Source: Bacteroidota bacterium
GTDB taxonomy: Bacteria > Bacteroidota > Bacteroidia > Bacteroidales > JAADGE01
Direction of reading: 5' to 3'
Assembly (NCBI GenBank): GCA_024277895.1
Contig: JAJRUH010000046.1
Coordinates: 557 to 64,556, forward strand
Length of the DNA stretch: 64,000 bases
The notes below the pieces were generated by a model, which saw only the letters and a list, made by a program, of their open reading frames with translations, searched no databases and was not told the origin of the DNA. The position numbers and the translations under genes are program-made. This document shows, piece by piece, positions 9,365-18,317 of this stretch. The stretch's first letter is position 1. The number at the start of each line of letters is the position of its first letter.

Positions 9365-10222
9365 ATGTTTAAAGAAAATTTATTAAAAGATAAAACAATT
9401 ATTGTAACAGGCGGCGGAACAGGGCTTGGAAAGTCAATGAGCACAAAGTTTTCGGAACTCGGAGCAAACGTTGTAATAACAAGCCGGAAGCAAGAAATTA
9501 TAGATAAAACCGCCAAAGAAATATCCGAAAAAACAGGAAATCCGGTTCTTGCGGTTAAAGCCGACGTAAGAAAACCGTTTGAAAACGAGAATGTATTAAA
9601 TACAGCTAAAGAAAAATTCGGGAAAGTTGATATTTTATTGAATAATGCAGCCGGAAATTTTATCAGTCCCACAGAGCGATTAAGCTATAAAGCATTTGAT
9701 ACCATAGTTGATATTGTTTTAAAAGGCACTTATAATTTTACTTTGGCAGCGGGAAAGTATTGGATTGAAAATAAAATTCCGGGAATTGTTTTGAATATTG
9801 TAACTACTTATGCTTCCGTAGGTTCCGGTTATGTTGTTCCGTCGGCAATTTCCAAAGCCGGTGTTTTAAATTTAACTCGCTCATTAGCAACGGAATGGGG
9901 AAAATATAATATCAGGTTAAATGCAATAGCACCGGGACCTTTTCCTACAAAAGGAGCTTGGGACAGATTATTTCCGGGTGCCGGGTTTGAAGAAAAACTG
10001 ATAAATAAAATTCCGCTTAAAAGAGTGGGAGAACATTCAGAATTAGCAAATCTTGCCGCTTATTTGGTCTCTGATTTTTCAGGATATATTACCGGCGAAG
10101 TTGTAACAATTGACGGCGGCGAATGGCTTGCAGGTGCGGGAGAATTTAATTGGTTGGATGAAATAAAACCGGAACAATGGGATGAAATCAGTAAATCAAT
10201 TAAACAGAAAAATAAAAAATAA
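9365..10222 (+). CDS. SDR-family oxidoreductase, 2,4-dienoyl-CoA reductase-like
   Basis: TGGGTGLGK cofactor motif, NNAAGNF, and SKAGV active-site region. 285 aa. Confidence 0.7.
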   Translation: MFKENLLKDKTIIVTGGGTGLGKSMSTKFSELGANVVITSRKQEIIDKTAKEISEKTGNPVLAVKADVRKPFENENVLNTAKEKFGKVDILLNNAAGNFISPTERLSYKAFDTIVDIVLKGTYNFTLAAGKYWIENKIPGIVLNIVTTYASVGSGYVVPSAISKAGVLNLTRSLATEWGKYNIRLNAIAPGPFPTKGAWDRLFPGAGFEEKLINKIPLKRVGEHSELANLAAYLVSDFSGYITGEVVTIDGGEWLAGAGEFNWLDEIKPEQWDEISKSIKQKNKK

Positions 10223-10223
10223 T

Positions 10224-10261
10224 AAAAAAGGGTGAAAATAAATTATTTTCACCCTTTTTTC
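10224..10261 (+). terminator. Rho-independent terminator of the SDR gene
   Basis: 11-bp stem GGGTGAAAATA/TATTTTCACCC with a 3-nt loop, followed by a T-run. Confidence 0.75.
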
Positions 10262-10407
10262 TGTACTTCTAATAATATTTAGGGCTTGCTGAAAAGCTCA
10301 GATGTGCGTCTATTTTGGATTTTGTGAGATATAGATGTATATAAATACTTCAAATTGAACAAAATACAAAAGAGATGTGCAGCTGAGCAGCAAAAATTTG
10401 GTAGTTT

Positions 10408-10459
10408 TATCAAAAAAAGTGCAAGGGTTTCAAAATGTTTCATTCAAAAACCTTGCACT
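10408..10459 (-). terminator. Probable terminator of the cyd operon
   Basis: Stem AGTGCAAGG/CCTTGCACT (10418-10426 / 10451-10459) plus 3 further pairs. On the minus strand it is followed by TTTTTTGATA. Confidence 0.5.
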
Positions 10460-10564
10460 TTATCTCAAAAATACAAGCATAAAGTATTGAATTACACCAT
10501 ATTTAGCGTTTTTCAGCAAGTCCTATTTATAAAAAATTATTCTGTTCCGAAAGCTTAATAAAAC

Positions 10565-10681
10565 TTATTTCTTAAGTTCTGTTTTCCTTTCATATTTTCT
10601 TATAAGCCAAGCAATTAAAAAATAACTTGCGGCTATTAAAACAGGCCAGCTTATTAAACTGATTATTTCTTTTGTGTACAT
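10565..10681 (-). CDS. Unannotated 38-aa single-pass membrane peptide directly after cydB (CydX-like candidate)
   Basis: Hand translation gives MYTKEIISLISWPVLIAASYFLIAWLIRKYERKTELKK*. ATG lies 17 nt downstream of the cydB stop, on the same strand, preceded by purine-rich AAAGAAGAA. One hydrophobic helix plus a basic tail. Confidence 0.4.
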   Translation of the reverse strand: MYTKEIISLISWPVLIAASYFLIAWLIRKYERKTELKK

Positions 10682-10698
10682 AATTCTTCTTTTTAAAA

Positions 10699-11880
10699 TT
10701 AATAAGAATGACTGTCGGAGTTTATTTCTTCCGACGTAATTTTCTTTTTATCCATAGCCCTCCAAGCATAAATGATATATGCCAAAACAAAAGGTATCAT
10801 CAATGAAACATAGCTCATTGCCGTCAAAGTAAAATGACTTGACGAACTGTTTGCAATTGTCAAAGAACTTTGCAAATCAAATGTTGAAGGGTAAAAAGAG
10901 GTGTTATTGTATCCTGCATTCAGCAATAAAGCCAATACCGTTAATACAGTACCGATTCCCGTAAACCATATTCCGGTATCTTTATTTTTAAAAATTGAGA
11001 CAAACAAACCCCAAAGCACTCCGATAACTCCTGTTAACAGCATAATAAGAACAACCGGCATTTCCAAAAAGTTATGCAAATATTTACTCGGTTCTCTGTA
11101 AATTTCCTGAGTATCAGGATTTATTGCAAATCCGTCAATAAACATTAATCGTATCAGCCAGAATAAAAAGAATACCAAAAATACTGCGGCATTTCTTTTC
11201 AAACATTTTTTAGTTCGCTCAATAATTTCTTTATTATCAATATTTCTTTGAAAATAAAGCAATGCCAAAACTCTTGATAAAAAGAATATTGCTAATCCCA
11301 AAGCCAAATTTTGCAGAAATGCAAGATGTGCCGTTGTCCATATTGCTTCCAAACCGTGCCAAGGTGTTTCCCAGGCTGAAATAATAGGCATTTTATCGGA
11401 TGTTAAGTCTAATATATTCATTTTATTAACAGAAAACATTGAGCCGGTAAAAAAAGTTGATACCGCAACACCGAGAAATACCGTAGCTATTAATCCGTTA
11501 ATAAACAAAAAGACATCATAGGTTTTTTCACCGAGAAAATTGTTCGGTTTTCTTCTGTATTCATAATAAACAGCTTGTAAAATAAATGCAAAAAGTATAA
11601 TCATCCACACCCAATATGCACCTCCGAAGCTGGTTGAATAAAACAGAGGAAACGAAGCAAATGCCGATCCCCCGAATGTTACCAAAGTAGTAAAAGTAAA
11701 TTCCCATTTTCTGCCGAGAGAATTAACAATAATGTTACGCTCGTCAGCAGTTTTTCCCAATTTATAAATTAAAGTTTGTCCGCCTTGAACAAACAACAAG
11801 AATACCAGCAAAGCTCCTAACAAAGAGACAATAAACCACCAGTATTCCTGTAAAGCCGTATGTGATAAAGTTTCAAACAT
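10699..11880 (-). CDS. cydB: Cytochrome bd ubiquinol oxidase subunit II
   Basis: 393 aa polytopic membrane protein. Start overlaps the cydA stop by 1 nt. Typical CydB N-terminus (LQEYWWFIVSLLGALLVFLLFVQGGQ). Confidence 0.85.
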   Translation of the reverse strand: MFETLSHTALQEYWWFIVSLLGALLVFLLFVQGGQTLIYKLGKTADERNIIVNSLGRKWEFTFTTLVTFGGSAFASFPLFYSTSFGGAYWVWMIILFAFILQAVYYEYRRKPNNFLGEKTYDVFLFINGLIATVFLGVAVSTFFTGSMFSVNKMNILDLTSDKMPIISAWETPWHGLEAIWTTAHLAFLQNLALGLAIFFLSRVLALLYFQRNIDNKEIIERTKKCLKRNAAVFLVFFLFWLIRLMFIDGFAINPDTQEIYREPSKYLHNFLEMPVVLIMLLTGVIGVLWGLFVSIFKNKDTGIWFTGIGTVLTVLALLLNAGYNNTSFYPSTFDLQSSLTIANSSSSHFTLTAMSYVSLMIPFVLAYIIYAWRAMDKKKITSEEINSDSHSY

Positions 11881-13448
11881 TATTTGGTTCCTCCTGTATT
11901 TTCGTTATTATCTGAAATATTTGCTTTTTTAATTTGCGTAAGCATAATTTTAATTTCCGCAATTAATAAAGCCGTAAACACCGCTGAGAACAAAAAGAAA
12001 GTAATTTGAACATTGCTTTGGTCGATTTGCGAAACAGCGGCAATATTAGGCATCAAATCCTGAATAACCCAAGGTTGACGACCGACTTCGGCAACAATCC
12101 AACCTGCTTCCTGTGCAATATAAGCCAAAGGAATAGTCCAAACGGCAAGCCAAAGCAACCATTTTTTATTCCGGAACTTATTTTTGTATGCATACATATA
12201 AATTAAGAAAAACAGCAGTAAAAAATAAAAACCCAAGCCAACCATAGTATGAAAAGCATAAAAACTCATTTTAACATTCGGAACAAGCAAATGCGGGTCT
12301 TTCCCGAAATAATAACCGTAACCGAAATATTGAAAATTTTCTTTAAATGTTTTTAAAGAAGTTTCGGCAAGTGCCGTATTTTTTTCTTTTTTTGCATTTT
12401 TATATGCTGCAAGTGCATCAATGGCTTTTTTGCCTTTTTCTATTTTTTCCCGGTAAGATATAATTCCCTCTTCTTTATTTCCGTGTACCAAATCTTTAAT
12501 CCCCGGCACAAATGCATTTGCATCTGAAAAAGCCATATACGATAAAGCATCAGGAATTACAAACTCGAATGCAAATTTTTGCTCATTCGGATTGTTTTTG
12601 TCTTTTTCATTTCCGAAAAATCCTATTGCCACCAAAGGAGCTTTTCGTTGTCCCTGATACAATCCTTCCATTGCCGCAAGTTTCATCGGCTGATGTTTTG
12701 CAACTTCTTTTGCAGAACCGTCTCCGGTAAAAATTGCATATACAATTGCCAAAAATCCGAATACGGAAGCAACAATCATACTTTTTTTAGACAAACTCGT
12801 ATTCCTGTTTTTCAATAAAAACCAAGCACTGATACCTATAACAAAAATAGCGGCAAGCACATAAGCAGAACTTATGGTATGTAAAAATTTATTAACCGAC
12901 ACAGGATTAAATAAAACATCCCAAAAACTGTTCATTTCGTTTCTTACCGTGTCCGGATTAAATTGCATACCGACGGGATTTTGCATCCATCCGTTTGCCG
13001 CCAAAATCCATAATCCGGAAAGATTTGAACCTATTGCAACCAGCCACGAAGATAATAAATGAGCTTTCTTGCTTACTTTCTCCCAACCGAAAAACATTAT
13101 AGCAATAAAGGTCGATTCCATAAAAAACGCCATAATACCCTCAATAGCTAAGGGTGCACCGAAAATATCGCCTACAAACCACGAATAATTCGACCAATTT
13201 GTTCCGAATTGAAATTCCAGAATAATGCCGGTTGCCACACCTATTGCAAAATTGATTCCGAACAATTTCATCCAAAACTTTGTTATCCGTTTCCATTCAA
13301 GATTTCCCGTTTTCACGTAAATTGTCTCCATTATTGCTATAATAAACGACAACCCGAGTGTCAACGGAACAAAAATCCAATGATATAATGCAGTTAATGC
13401 AAACTGCGCGCGAGACCAATCTACAAGTCCCCAATCAATGTGTTCCAT
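11880..13448 (-). CDS. cydA: Cytochrome bd ubiquinol oxidase subunit I
   Basis: 522 aa. N-terminal LSRAQFALTALYHWIFVP and the conserved EVGRQPWVIQ motif. Confidence 0.9.
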   Translation of the reverse strand: MEHIDWGLVDWSRAQFALTALYHWIFVPLTLGLSFIIAIMETIYVKTGNLEWKRITKFWMKLFGINFAIGVATGIILEFQFGTNWSNYSWFVGDIFGAPLAIEGIMAFFMESTFIAIMFFGWEKVSKKAHLLSSWLVAIGSNLSGLWILAANGWMQNPVGMQFNPDTVRNEMNSFWDVLFNPVSVNKFLHTISSAYVLAAIFVIGISAWFLLKNRNTSLSKKSMIVASVFGFLAIVYAIFTGDGSAKEVAKHQPMKLAAMEGLYQGQRKAPLVAIGFFGNEKDKNNPNEQKFAFEFVIPDALSYMAFSDANAFVPGIKDLVHGNKEEGIISYREKIEKGKKAIDALAAYKNAKKEKNTALAETSLKTFKENFQYFGYGYYFGKDPHLLVPNVKMSFYAFHTMVGLGFYFLLLFFLIYMYAYKNKFRNKKWLLWLAVWTIPLAYIAQEAGWIVAEVGRQPWVIQDLMPNIAAVSQIDQSNVQITFFLFSAVFTALLIAEIKIMLTQIKKANISDNNENTGGTK

Positions 13449-13451
13449 AAT

Positions 13452-13673
13452 TTATTTTTTAATGTTTAATAATTGTTTTGATACATATTCGCTTTTTTCT
13501 TTATCTGTTTTACCCTTTGTACTTAAAAAATCCTGAAAGAAGAAAATTTTAAGAACGGCAAACATAATTATCAATTTAATAATTATTATCGTCCAAACAC
13601 GTCGCCCGTATTTGGGCATATCTCTGAAACCTTCAATATAAAAACGCCAAATATTTTTTAATAATTTCAGCAT
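13452..13673 (-). CDS. DUF4492-type small membrane protein preceding cydA
   Basis: 73 aa with one hydrophobic helix, ending 3 nt before cydA. This family is, as I recall, typically found upstream of cydAB in Bacteroidota. Confidence 0.6.
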   Translation of the reverse strand: MLKLLKNIWRFYIEGFRDMPKYGRRVWTIIIIKLIIMFAVLKIFFFQDFLSTKGKTDKEKSEYVSKQLLNIKK

Positions 13674-13678
13674 TTTTT

Positions 13679-14047
13679 CTAATTTTTAAAAATAAAATAA
13701 ACGGCAAGAACCAAAAATACAAAACCTATTAAATGATTGTAAGAAAAACTTTGATTTTTAAAAACAATTAATGAAAAAATCGTAAAAACCGTAAGCGTAA
13801 TAACTTCCTGAATTACTTTTAACTGCATTAATGAAAAAGGACCTCCGTTTTCTTTAAAACCGATTCTGTTGGCAGGTACCTGAAAAATATATTCAAACAG
13901 TGCAATTCCCCAGCTGATTAATATAATTGAAATTAATCCCAATTTACTGAACTTAGTCCATTCCGAAAATTTCAAATGCCCGTACCACGCCAAGGTCATA
14001 AAAGTATTTGAAACAATCAGCAATACGATTGTTAATAATGCCTTCAT
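13679..14047 (-). CDS. DMT-superfamily small membrane protein (DUF486 type)
   Basis: 122 aa with four hydrophobic segments. N-terminus ...NTFMTLAWYGHLKF. Confidence 0.6.
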   Translation of the reverse strand: MKALLTIVLLIVSNTFMTLAWYGHLKFSEWTKFSKLGLISIILISWGIALFEYIFQVPANRIGFKENGGPFSLMQLKVIQEVITLTVFTIFSLIVFKNQSFSYNHLIGFVFLVLAVYFIFKN

Positions 14048-14050
14048 TTT

Positions 14051-15925
14051 TTATATAGTTTTCACCGTTTCGTATGCCGTTCGTATTGCATCTTGTGCTT
14101 TTGCGGGTTTTACGGCATCGCCTATAATATGATATTTTATTTTTCCTTCGAGTTCGCCGGCTAACTTATTTACGCTTCGCATACCTGCCGTTACTACAAT
14201 ATGGTCAATGTTGTTTAATGTAATTTTGTTTTCTCCTTTAATTATAACCGTCTCTCCGTTGTCTTTAACTTCCGTAACTTTGTAATTCTTATAAATTTTA
14301 ACGCCTTTTTTATTCAACTTCGCCAAAGTCATTTTTCTTTCAATCATTTCCATTCCCCGAGCAATTTCGTCAAGCATTTCAACAATTATAACTTCGTTAT
14401 CGGCATCGGTTAATTTACTTGCAAGCTCAACACCGATTAATCCGCCGCCTATGATAACAATTTTTTTGCTTTTCGGCAAATTTTTATCCTCAAGAAATTC
14501 CGACCAGTAATATTTTTCGAGCCCTTTAACAGGAGGCGTAACAGGTTCTGCACCCGTCGCCAGAATAACCTCATCAAAAATCCCCGAAATCAATTCTTCT
14601 GCATTTACTTCTTTACCTTCAACCGGAATATTATTAATCTTAATTTCCTCAAAGTAATAATTTAATAATTTTTTCAAACTTTCTTTATGAGGCGGTAACC
14701 AAGCCAAATTAAACTGACCGCCGAGTTTGTTCTTTTCAAAAACAGTAACTTTATGCCCTTTTTTATGCAATCTTATTGCCGCTTCCATACCTGCCAATCC
14801 GCCGCCTGCAACAGCAATATTTTTCGGTTTATTCGTTTTTATTTCCGATATTAAATCAGGATTGTTAATTTCAGGATTTACCATACAACCCAACCCTTTT
14901 CCTGATTTTACGCCTCCCAAACAACCTTCGGCACAAGCCAAACACGGACGATATTCTTCTTTTACTTCTCCGATATATTTTCCGATAAAATCGGGGTCGG
15001 CAACCAATGCTCGTCCTACGGCAATATAGTTTCCTTCATATTCGGTTTTTATTTTATTTATATCTTCAAAAGTGTTTATTTGTCCGACAAAAATAACCGG
15101 AATATCAACTTCACTTTTTATTTTATATGCAAATTCCCGGGTTTTTCCTTTAGGAACAAACATATGCTGAAAATACCAAGGCGGTGTATTACAGACAGTT
15201 CCGGCAGATACGTGTAATGCCGTAATCCCCTTTCCTTTCAGAATTTCGGCATATTTAATCATTTCATTAATTTTTATTCCTTCAGGTGTCATTTCATCGG
15301 CGCTTATGCGAACAATAACGGGAATTTTAATTGCTTTTAAAACGGCATCAATTACCTGCAAAGGAAACCTTATACGATTTTCAAAATTTCCTCCGTAATC
15401 ATCGGTGCGGTCGTTTACTTCCGGAGAAATAAATTGTGCAAGCAAATATCCGTGTCCGGATTGTAATTCAACATAATCGAAGCCGGCTTTTTCGACTCGT
15501 TTTGCTGTTTGAACAAACAATTCCGTAACATCCCGCATATCTTTTTCGTTCATTTTACGAGGAGGTTTTCCGCCTGTGGGACAAGCCCTGTCTGTTGAAG
15601 AAATAAAAACATTGCCGGGTATCATCGGGTTTGCCATACGCCCTGGATGATTAAGATGTGCTACTGCCTTTGTGCCGGTATTATGTAAAACATTGATAAT
15701 TTTTTTCAGCCCTTCAATTTTATCGTCATTATCAATTCCGAGCTGTGTAGGAATTTCCCGCAAAGATAAATCGATAAACAAAGGTTCGAGAATTGCGGCA
15801 CCGAGATATTTTCCGGTTCTTTTATAAAAATTTATGTGTTTTTCGTTCACGAAACCCGGTTTTTCTTTTTCGCAATATCCGAGTTTCAGCGGCGGCATTA
15901 TAAAAGCGTTTTTTAAATTTAACAT
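14051..15925 (-). CDS. Two-domain flavoprotein: OYE-like NADH:flavin oxidoreductase plus FAD/NAD(P)-binding domain (FadH / enoate-reductase architecture)
   Basis: 624 aa. TIM-barrel OYE pattern (HLNHPGRMANP, ELQSGHGYLLAQFISP). Cys cluster RPCLACAEGCLGG...GCMVNP. Dinucleotide motifs AVAGGGLAGMEAA and IIGGGLIGVELA. Confidence 0.75.
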   Translation of the reverse strand: MLNLKNAFIMPPLKLGYCEKEKPGFVNEKHINFYKRTGKYLGAAILEPLFIDLSLREIPTQLGIDNDDKIEGLKKIINVLHNTGTKAVAHLNHPGRMANPMIPGNVFISSTDRACPTGGKPPRKMNEKDMRDVTELFVQTAKRVEKAGFDYVELQSGHGYLLAQFISPEVNDRTDDYGGNFENRIRFPLQVIDAVLKAIKIPVIVRISADEMTPEGIKINEMIKYAEILKGKGITALHVSAGTVCNTPPWYFQHMFVPKGKTREFAYKIKSEVDIPVIFVGQINTFEDINKIKTEYEGNYIAVGRALVADPDFIGKYIGEVKEEYRPCLACAEGCLGGVKSGKGLGCMVNPEINNPDLISEIKTNKPKNIAVAGGGLAGMEAAIRLHKKGHKVTVFEKNKLGGQFNLAWLPPHKESLKKLLNYYFEEIKINNIPVEGKEVNAEELISGIFDEVILATGAEPVTPPVKGLEKYYWSEFLEDKNLPKSKKIVIIGGGLIGVELASKLTDADNEVIIVEMLDEIARGMEMIERKMTLAKLNKKGVKIYKNYKVTEVKDNGETVIIKGENKITLNNIDHIVVTAGMRSVNKLAGELEGKIKYHIIGDAVKPAKAQDAIRTAYETVKTI

Positions 15926-15989
15926 AATTCAAAATTTTTCAGATTTATATTACCACGTAAAAATAATAAACATAAGTTCATAAAGCAAA

Positions 15990-18188
15990 TCAAAAAGAAT
16001 ATTTTATGCTGAAAATAATATTCCTGCCCGGCATCAAGTATCCGGTATCTTTTAAAGTTGACAAATGATCGATATATTTTTCGTTTAATATATTTTTAGC
16101 TGACAATTTAAAATTCAAGTTTTTATAAGAAAATCCGAGTGCGGAATTGAGAACAAAATAAGCCGGAGTTTCCGTTTCAAATTCGGAAAAATTATTTTGC
16201 TTAAAAGCGTAAATTCCGTTTACGGAAAAATAAGGTTTTGAAAATTTACTTAATTTTTTTACGGTAAATTTCATTTCCGAACGGATTTTATTTTGCGGAA
16301 TAAACGGCAAATTGTCTCCGTTATTCTTGCGCGCAATTAAAGAAGAATAATTTGTATATAATTTTATAAAATGCACCGGCATATATTCAATTCCTCCTTC
16401 TATTCCTTTAATGGCGGCATCTGTTTGAGAATAGCGATAAATTAACATTCCGTTATCTGCAAATTCATTTGTTTTTTGAAGATAAATATAGTCTTTCAGT
16501 AAATTATAAAAAGCCGACATTTCAAAAATAAAATTTCCGGAATGGTAATGAAAACTTATATCCGGCTCGTAATTTTTTTGTGTTTTCAAACCGGAATTTC
16601 CGATTTCATAATAAATTCCGTGAGCTCCGTTTTGTGTAAGTTCGGCAATGTTCGGAGTTCTGTGTGCCGAAGCAAAATTTGTTCTGACTAATATTTTGTC
16701 GGAAATTTGATAATTAAGTCCTCCCGAAAAACTGAAATTTGAATAATATTTATCAACCGCCGGCTTAATACCGTCAATTTGCGTTAAAATATGCCTGAAA
16801 TCGTATCGCATTCCGGACTGGAAATGTAAATTTTCGGTAAAATCGGCAGTGAGCAAAGAATAAACCGAAAAGTCAAAAACATCGGCATTCGGAATAATAT
16901 GAGCCGGAGCATCTGAATTTTTATTTGTTTGATACATCCCCTGAACACCGCTGATTAATTCATATTTATCAGTAAATGAATAAGTTGATTTTAAATTATA
17001 CCCAAAAGTATTTAATGTCATATCCACGGTTTTAAACTGAGGCATCAATTCGGAAGTAAATAATCTTCTGTTGTTTGACTGATATGAAAAATCGGCATCA
17101 ACCATTGTTTTTCCCGCAAAAAATTTATTCTTAACCGCCAATACATTACTTGTTAAATCCTGAAACCACACTTTATTTTTCCTTAAATTATCATTCATAA
17201 GCGAAATTGCAGGCGGAACCGTCATTCCGAGTTTCATTTTTTGAATATCGTAATAAACATCAGTTTTTCCGAACTTATATGAAAACCCTATATTCGACTT
17301 TACGGAATATTGATTAAATCGAGAATTAGAAACCTGCACACCGTTTCCGTCAAAATAATCTTTTTGAGAGTTAAATCCTCCGCGTATTCCTGCGTGAATT
17401 CTTGTTCCCGCACCTTTTATTCCGAGATTTGAAACAAATCCTTGATTATTCCTGAAATACAGCATATTATAATCTCCGGAAACTGTATTTTGCAGAGCCG
17501 GTTTTTCCCTGACGGTATAAATTACGCCGCCTACGGCATCCGAACCGTAAAGCAAAGAAGCAGGTCCTTTAATAATCTCAACTCTGTCAACCCCGAATTC
17601 ATCAACCATAAAAGGATGATCTTCCGAAAACTGAAAATTTTCAAGTTTGATACCGTTATCAACAAATAAGATATTCGTATTTGACAAACCTCTGATAACC
17701 GGCTTTTCAACACCGGGACTCTTTGAAATAATATCAATTCCCGGCTCAAAAGCCAATTTATCAATTAAATTTGAACTTAAATTATCCGAATTTTCGATTT
17801 TAACACTTTTAATTTCAACGGCATTTTCGTGTTGCAAAGAAAATCGGTCTGCCGACACAACAACCTCTTGTGTTTCAAATGTTTGAGAAATTAATTTTAC
17901 TGTTATCGGATATTTTACCGTATCAGTTCGGATTTTAATAATTTGCGTTTCATACCCTATTAAATTTACAATCATATCAAAAGTTCCGCTTTGCAGATTT
18001 TCAATTTTAAATTTTCCGTTCTTATCCGAAGTCGAACCTTTATGAAGCTGCGGAAAATAAATAACCGCACCCGGTAAAGGAATACTTTTTTCATCATAAA
18101 TACTTCCGTAAACGGTATTTTGCGAAAATCCTAATTTCCCGAAAAATAAAATCAATATTAAAATACTCATTAGCTTTTTCATCTTCAT
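15990..18188 (-). CDS. TonB-dependent outer-membrane receptor with CarboxypepD_reg-like N-terminus
   Basis: 732 aa with a signal peptide. VYGSIYDEKSIPLPGAVIYF...SDKNGKFKIENL. Plug motifs (VEIIKGPASLLYGSDAVGGVI). Terminal ...FSIKYSF. Confidence 0.85.
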   Translation of the reverse strand: MKMKKLMSILILILFFGKLGFSQNTVYGSIYDEKSIPLPGAVIYFPQLHKGSTSDKNGKFKIENLQSGTFDMIVNLIGYETQIIKIRTDTVKYPITVKLISQTFETQEVVVSADRFSLQHENAVEIKSVKIENSDNLSSNLIDKLAFEPGIDIISKSPGVEKPVIRGLSNTNILFVDNGIKLENFQFSEDHPFMVDEFGVDRVEIIKGPASLLYGSDAVGGVIYTVREKPALQNTVSGDYNMLYFRNNQGFVSNLGIKGAGTRIHAGIRGGFNSQKDYFDGNGVQVSNSRFNQYSVKSNIGFSYKFGKTDVYYDIQKMKLGMTVPPAISLMNDNLRKNKVWFQDLTSNVLAVKNKFFAGKTMVDADFSYQSNNRRLFTSELMPQFKTVDMTLNTFGYNLKSTYSFTDKYELISGVQGMYQTNKNSDAPAHIIPNADVFDFSVYSLLTADFTENLHFQSGMRYDFRHILTQIDGIKPAVDKYYSNFSFSGGLNYQISDKILVRTNFASAHRTPNIAELTQNGAHGIYYEIGNSGLKTQKNYEPDISFHYHSGNFIFEMSAFYNLLKDYIYLQKTNEFADNGMLIYRYSQTDAAIKGIEGGIEYMPVHFIKLYTNYSSLIARKNNGDNLPFIPQNKIRSEMKFTVKKLSKFSKPYFSVNGIYAFKQNNFSEFETETPAYFVLNSALGFSYKNLNFKLSAKNILNEKYIDHLSTLKDTGYLMPGRNIIFSIKYSF

Positions 18189-18229
18189 TTCATTTTAAAT
18201 TATTTACGTTTTTAACGAATAAAAAGCAC

Positions 18230-18237
18230 AAAAGTAA
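18230..18237 (-). promoter_or_regulatory. Bacteroidota -7 box (TACTTTTG on the minus strand)
   Basis: Plus-strand CAAAAGTA, 42 nt upstream of ATG 18188. Confidence 0.4.
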
Positions 18238-18239
18238 CA

Positions 18240-18259
18240 AACATATGTTCATATGTTTA
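18240..18259. promoter_or_regulatory. Perfect 20-bp palindrome (candidate operator)
   Basis: AAACATATG-TT-CATATGTTT. Lies immediately upstream of the -7 box of the TonB receptor gene, in the divergent region shared with the Mo-hydroxylase gene. Confidence 0.35.
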
Positions 18260-18317
18260 AAAAAAATTTAATTTTAAAAAAGAATATTTAATTTTACTTT
18301 TTTTAAAATGAATTTTT

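Noticed and set aside
10355-10558. 67-aa plus-strand ORF in the SDR/cyd intergenic region
   Set aside because: It runs through the hairpins and inverted repeats of the region, has a low-complexity Lys-rich translation, and has no upstream promoter box. It is treated as non-coding.
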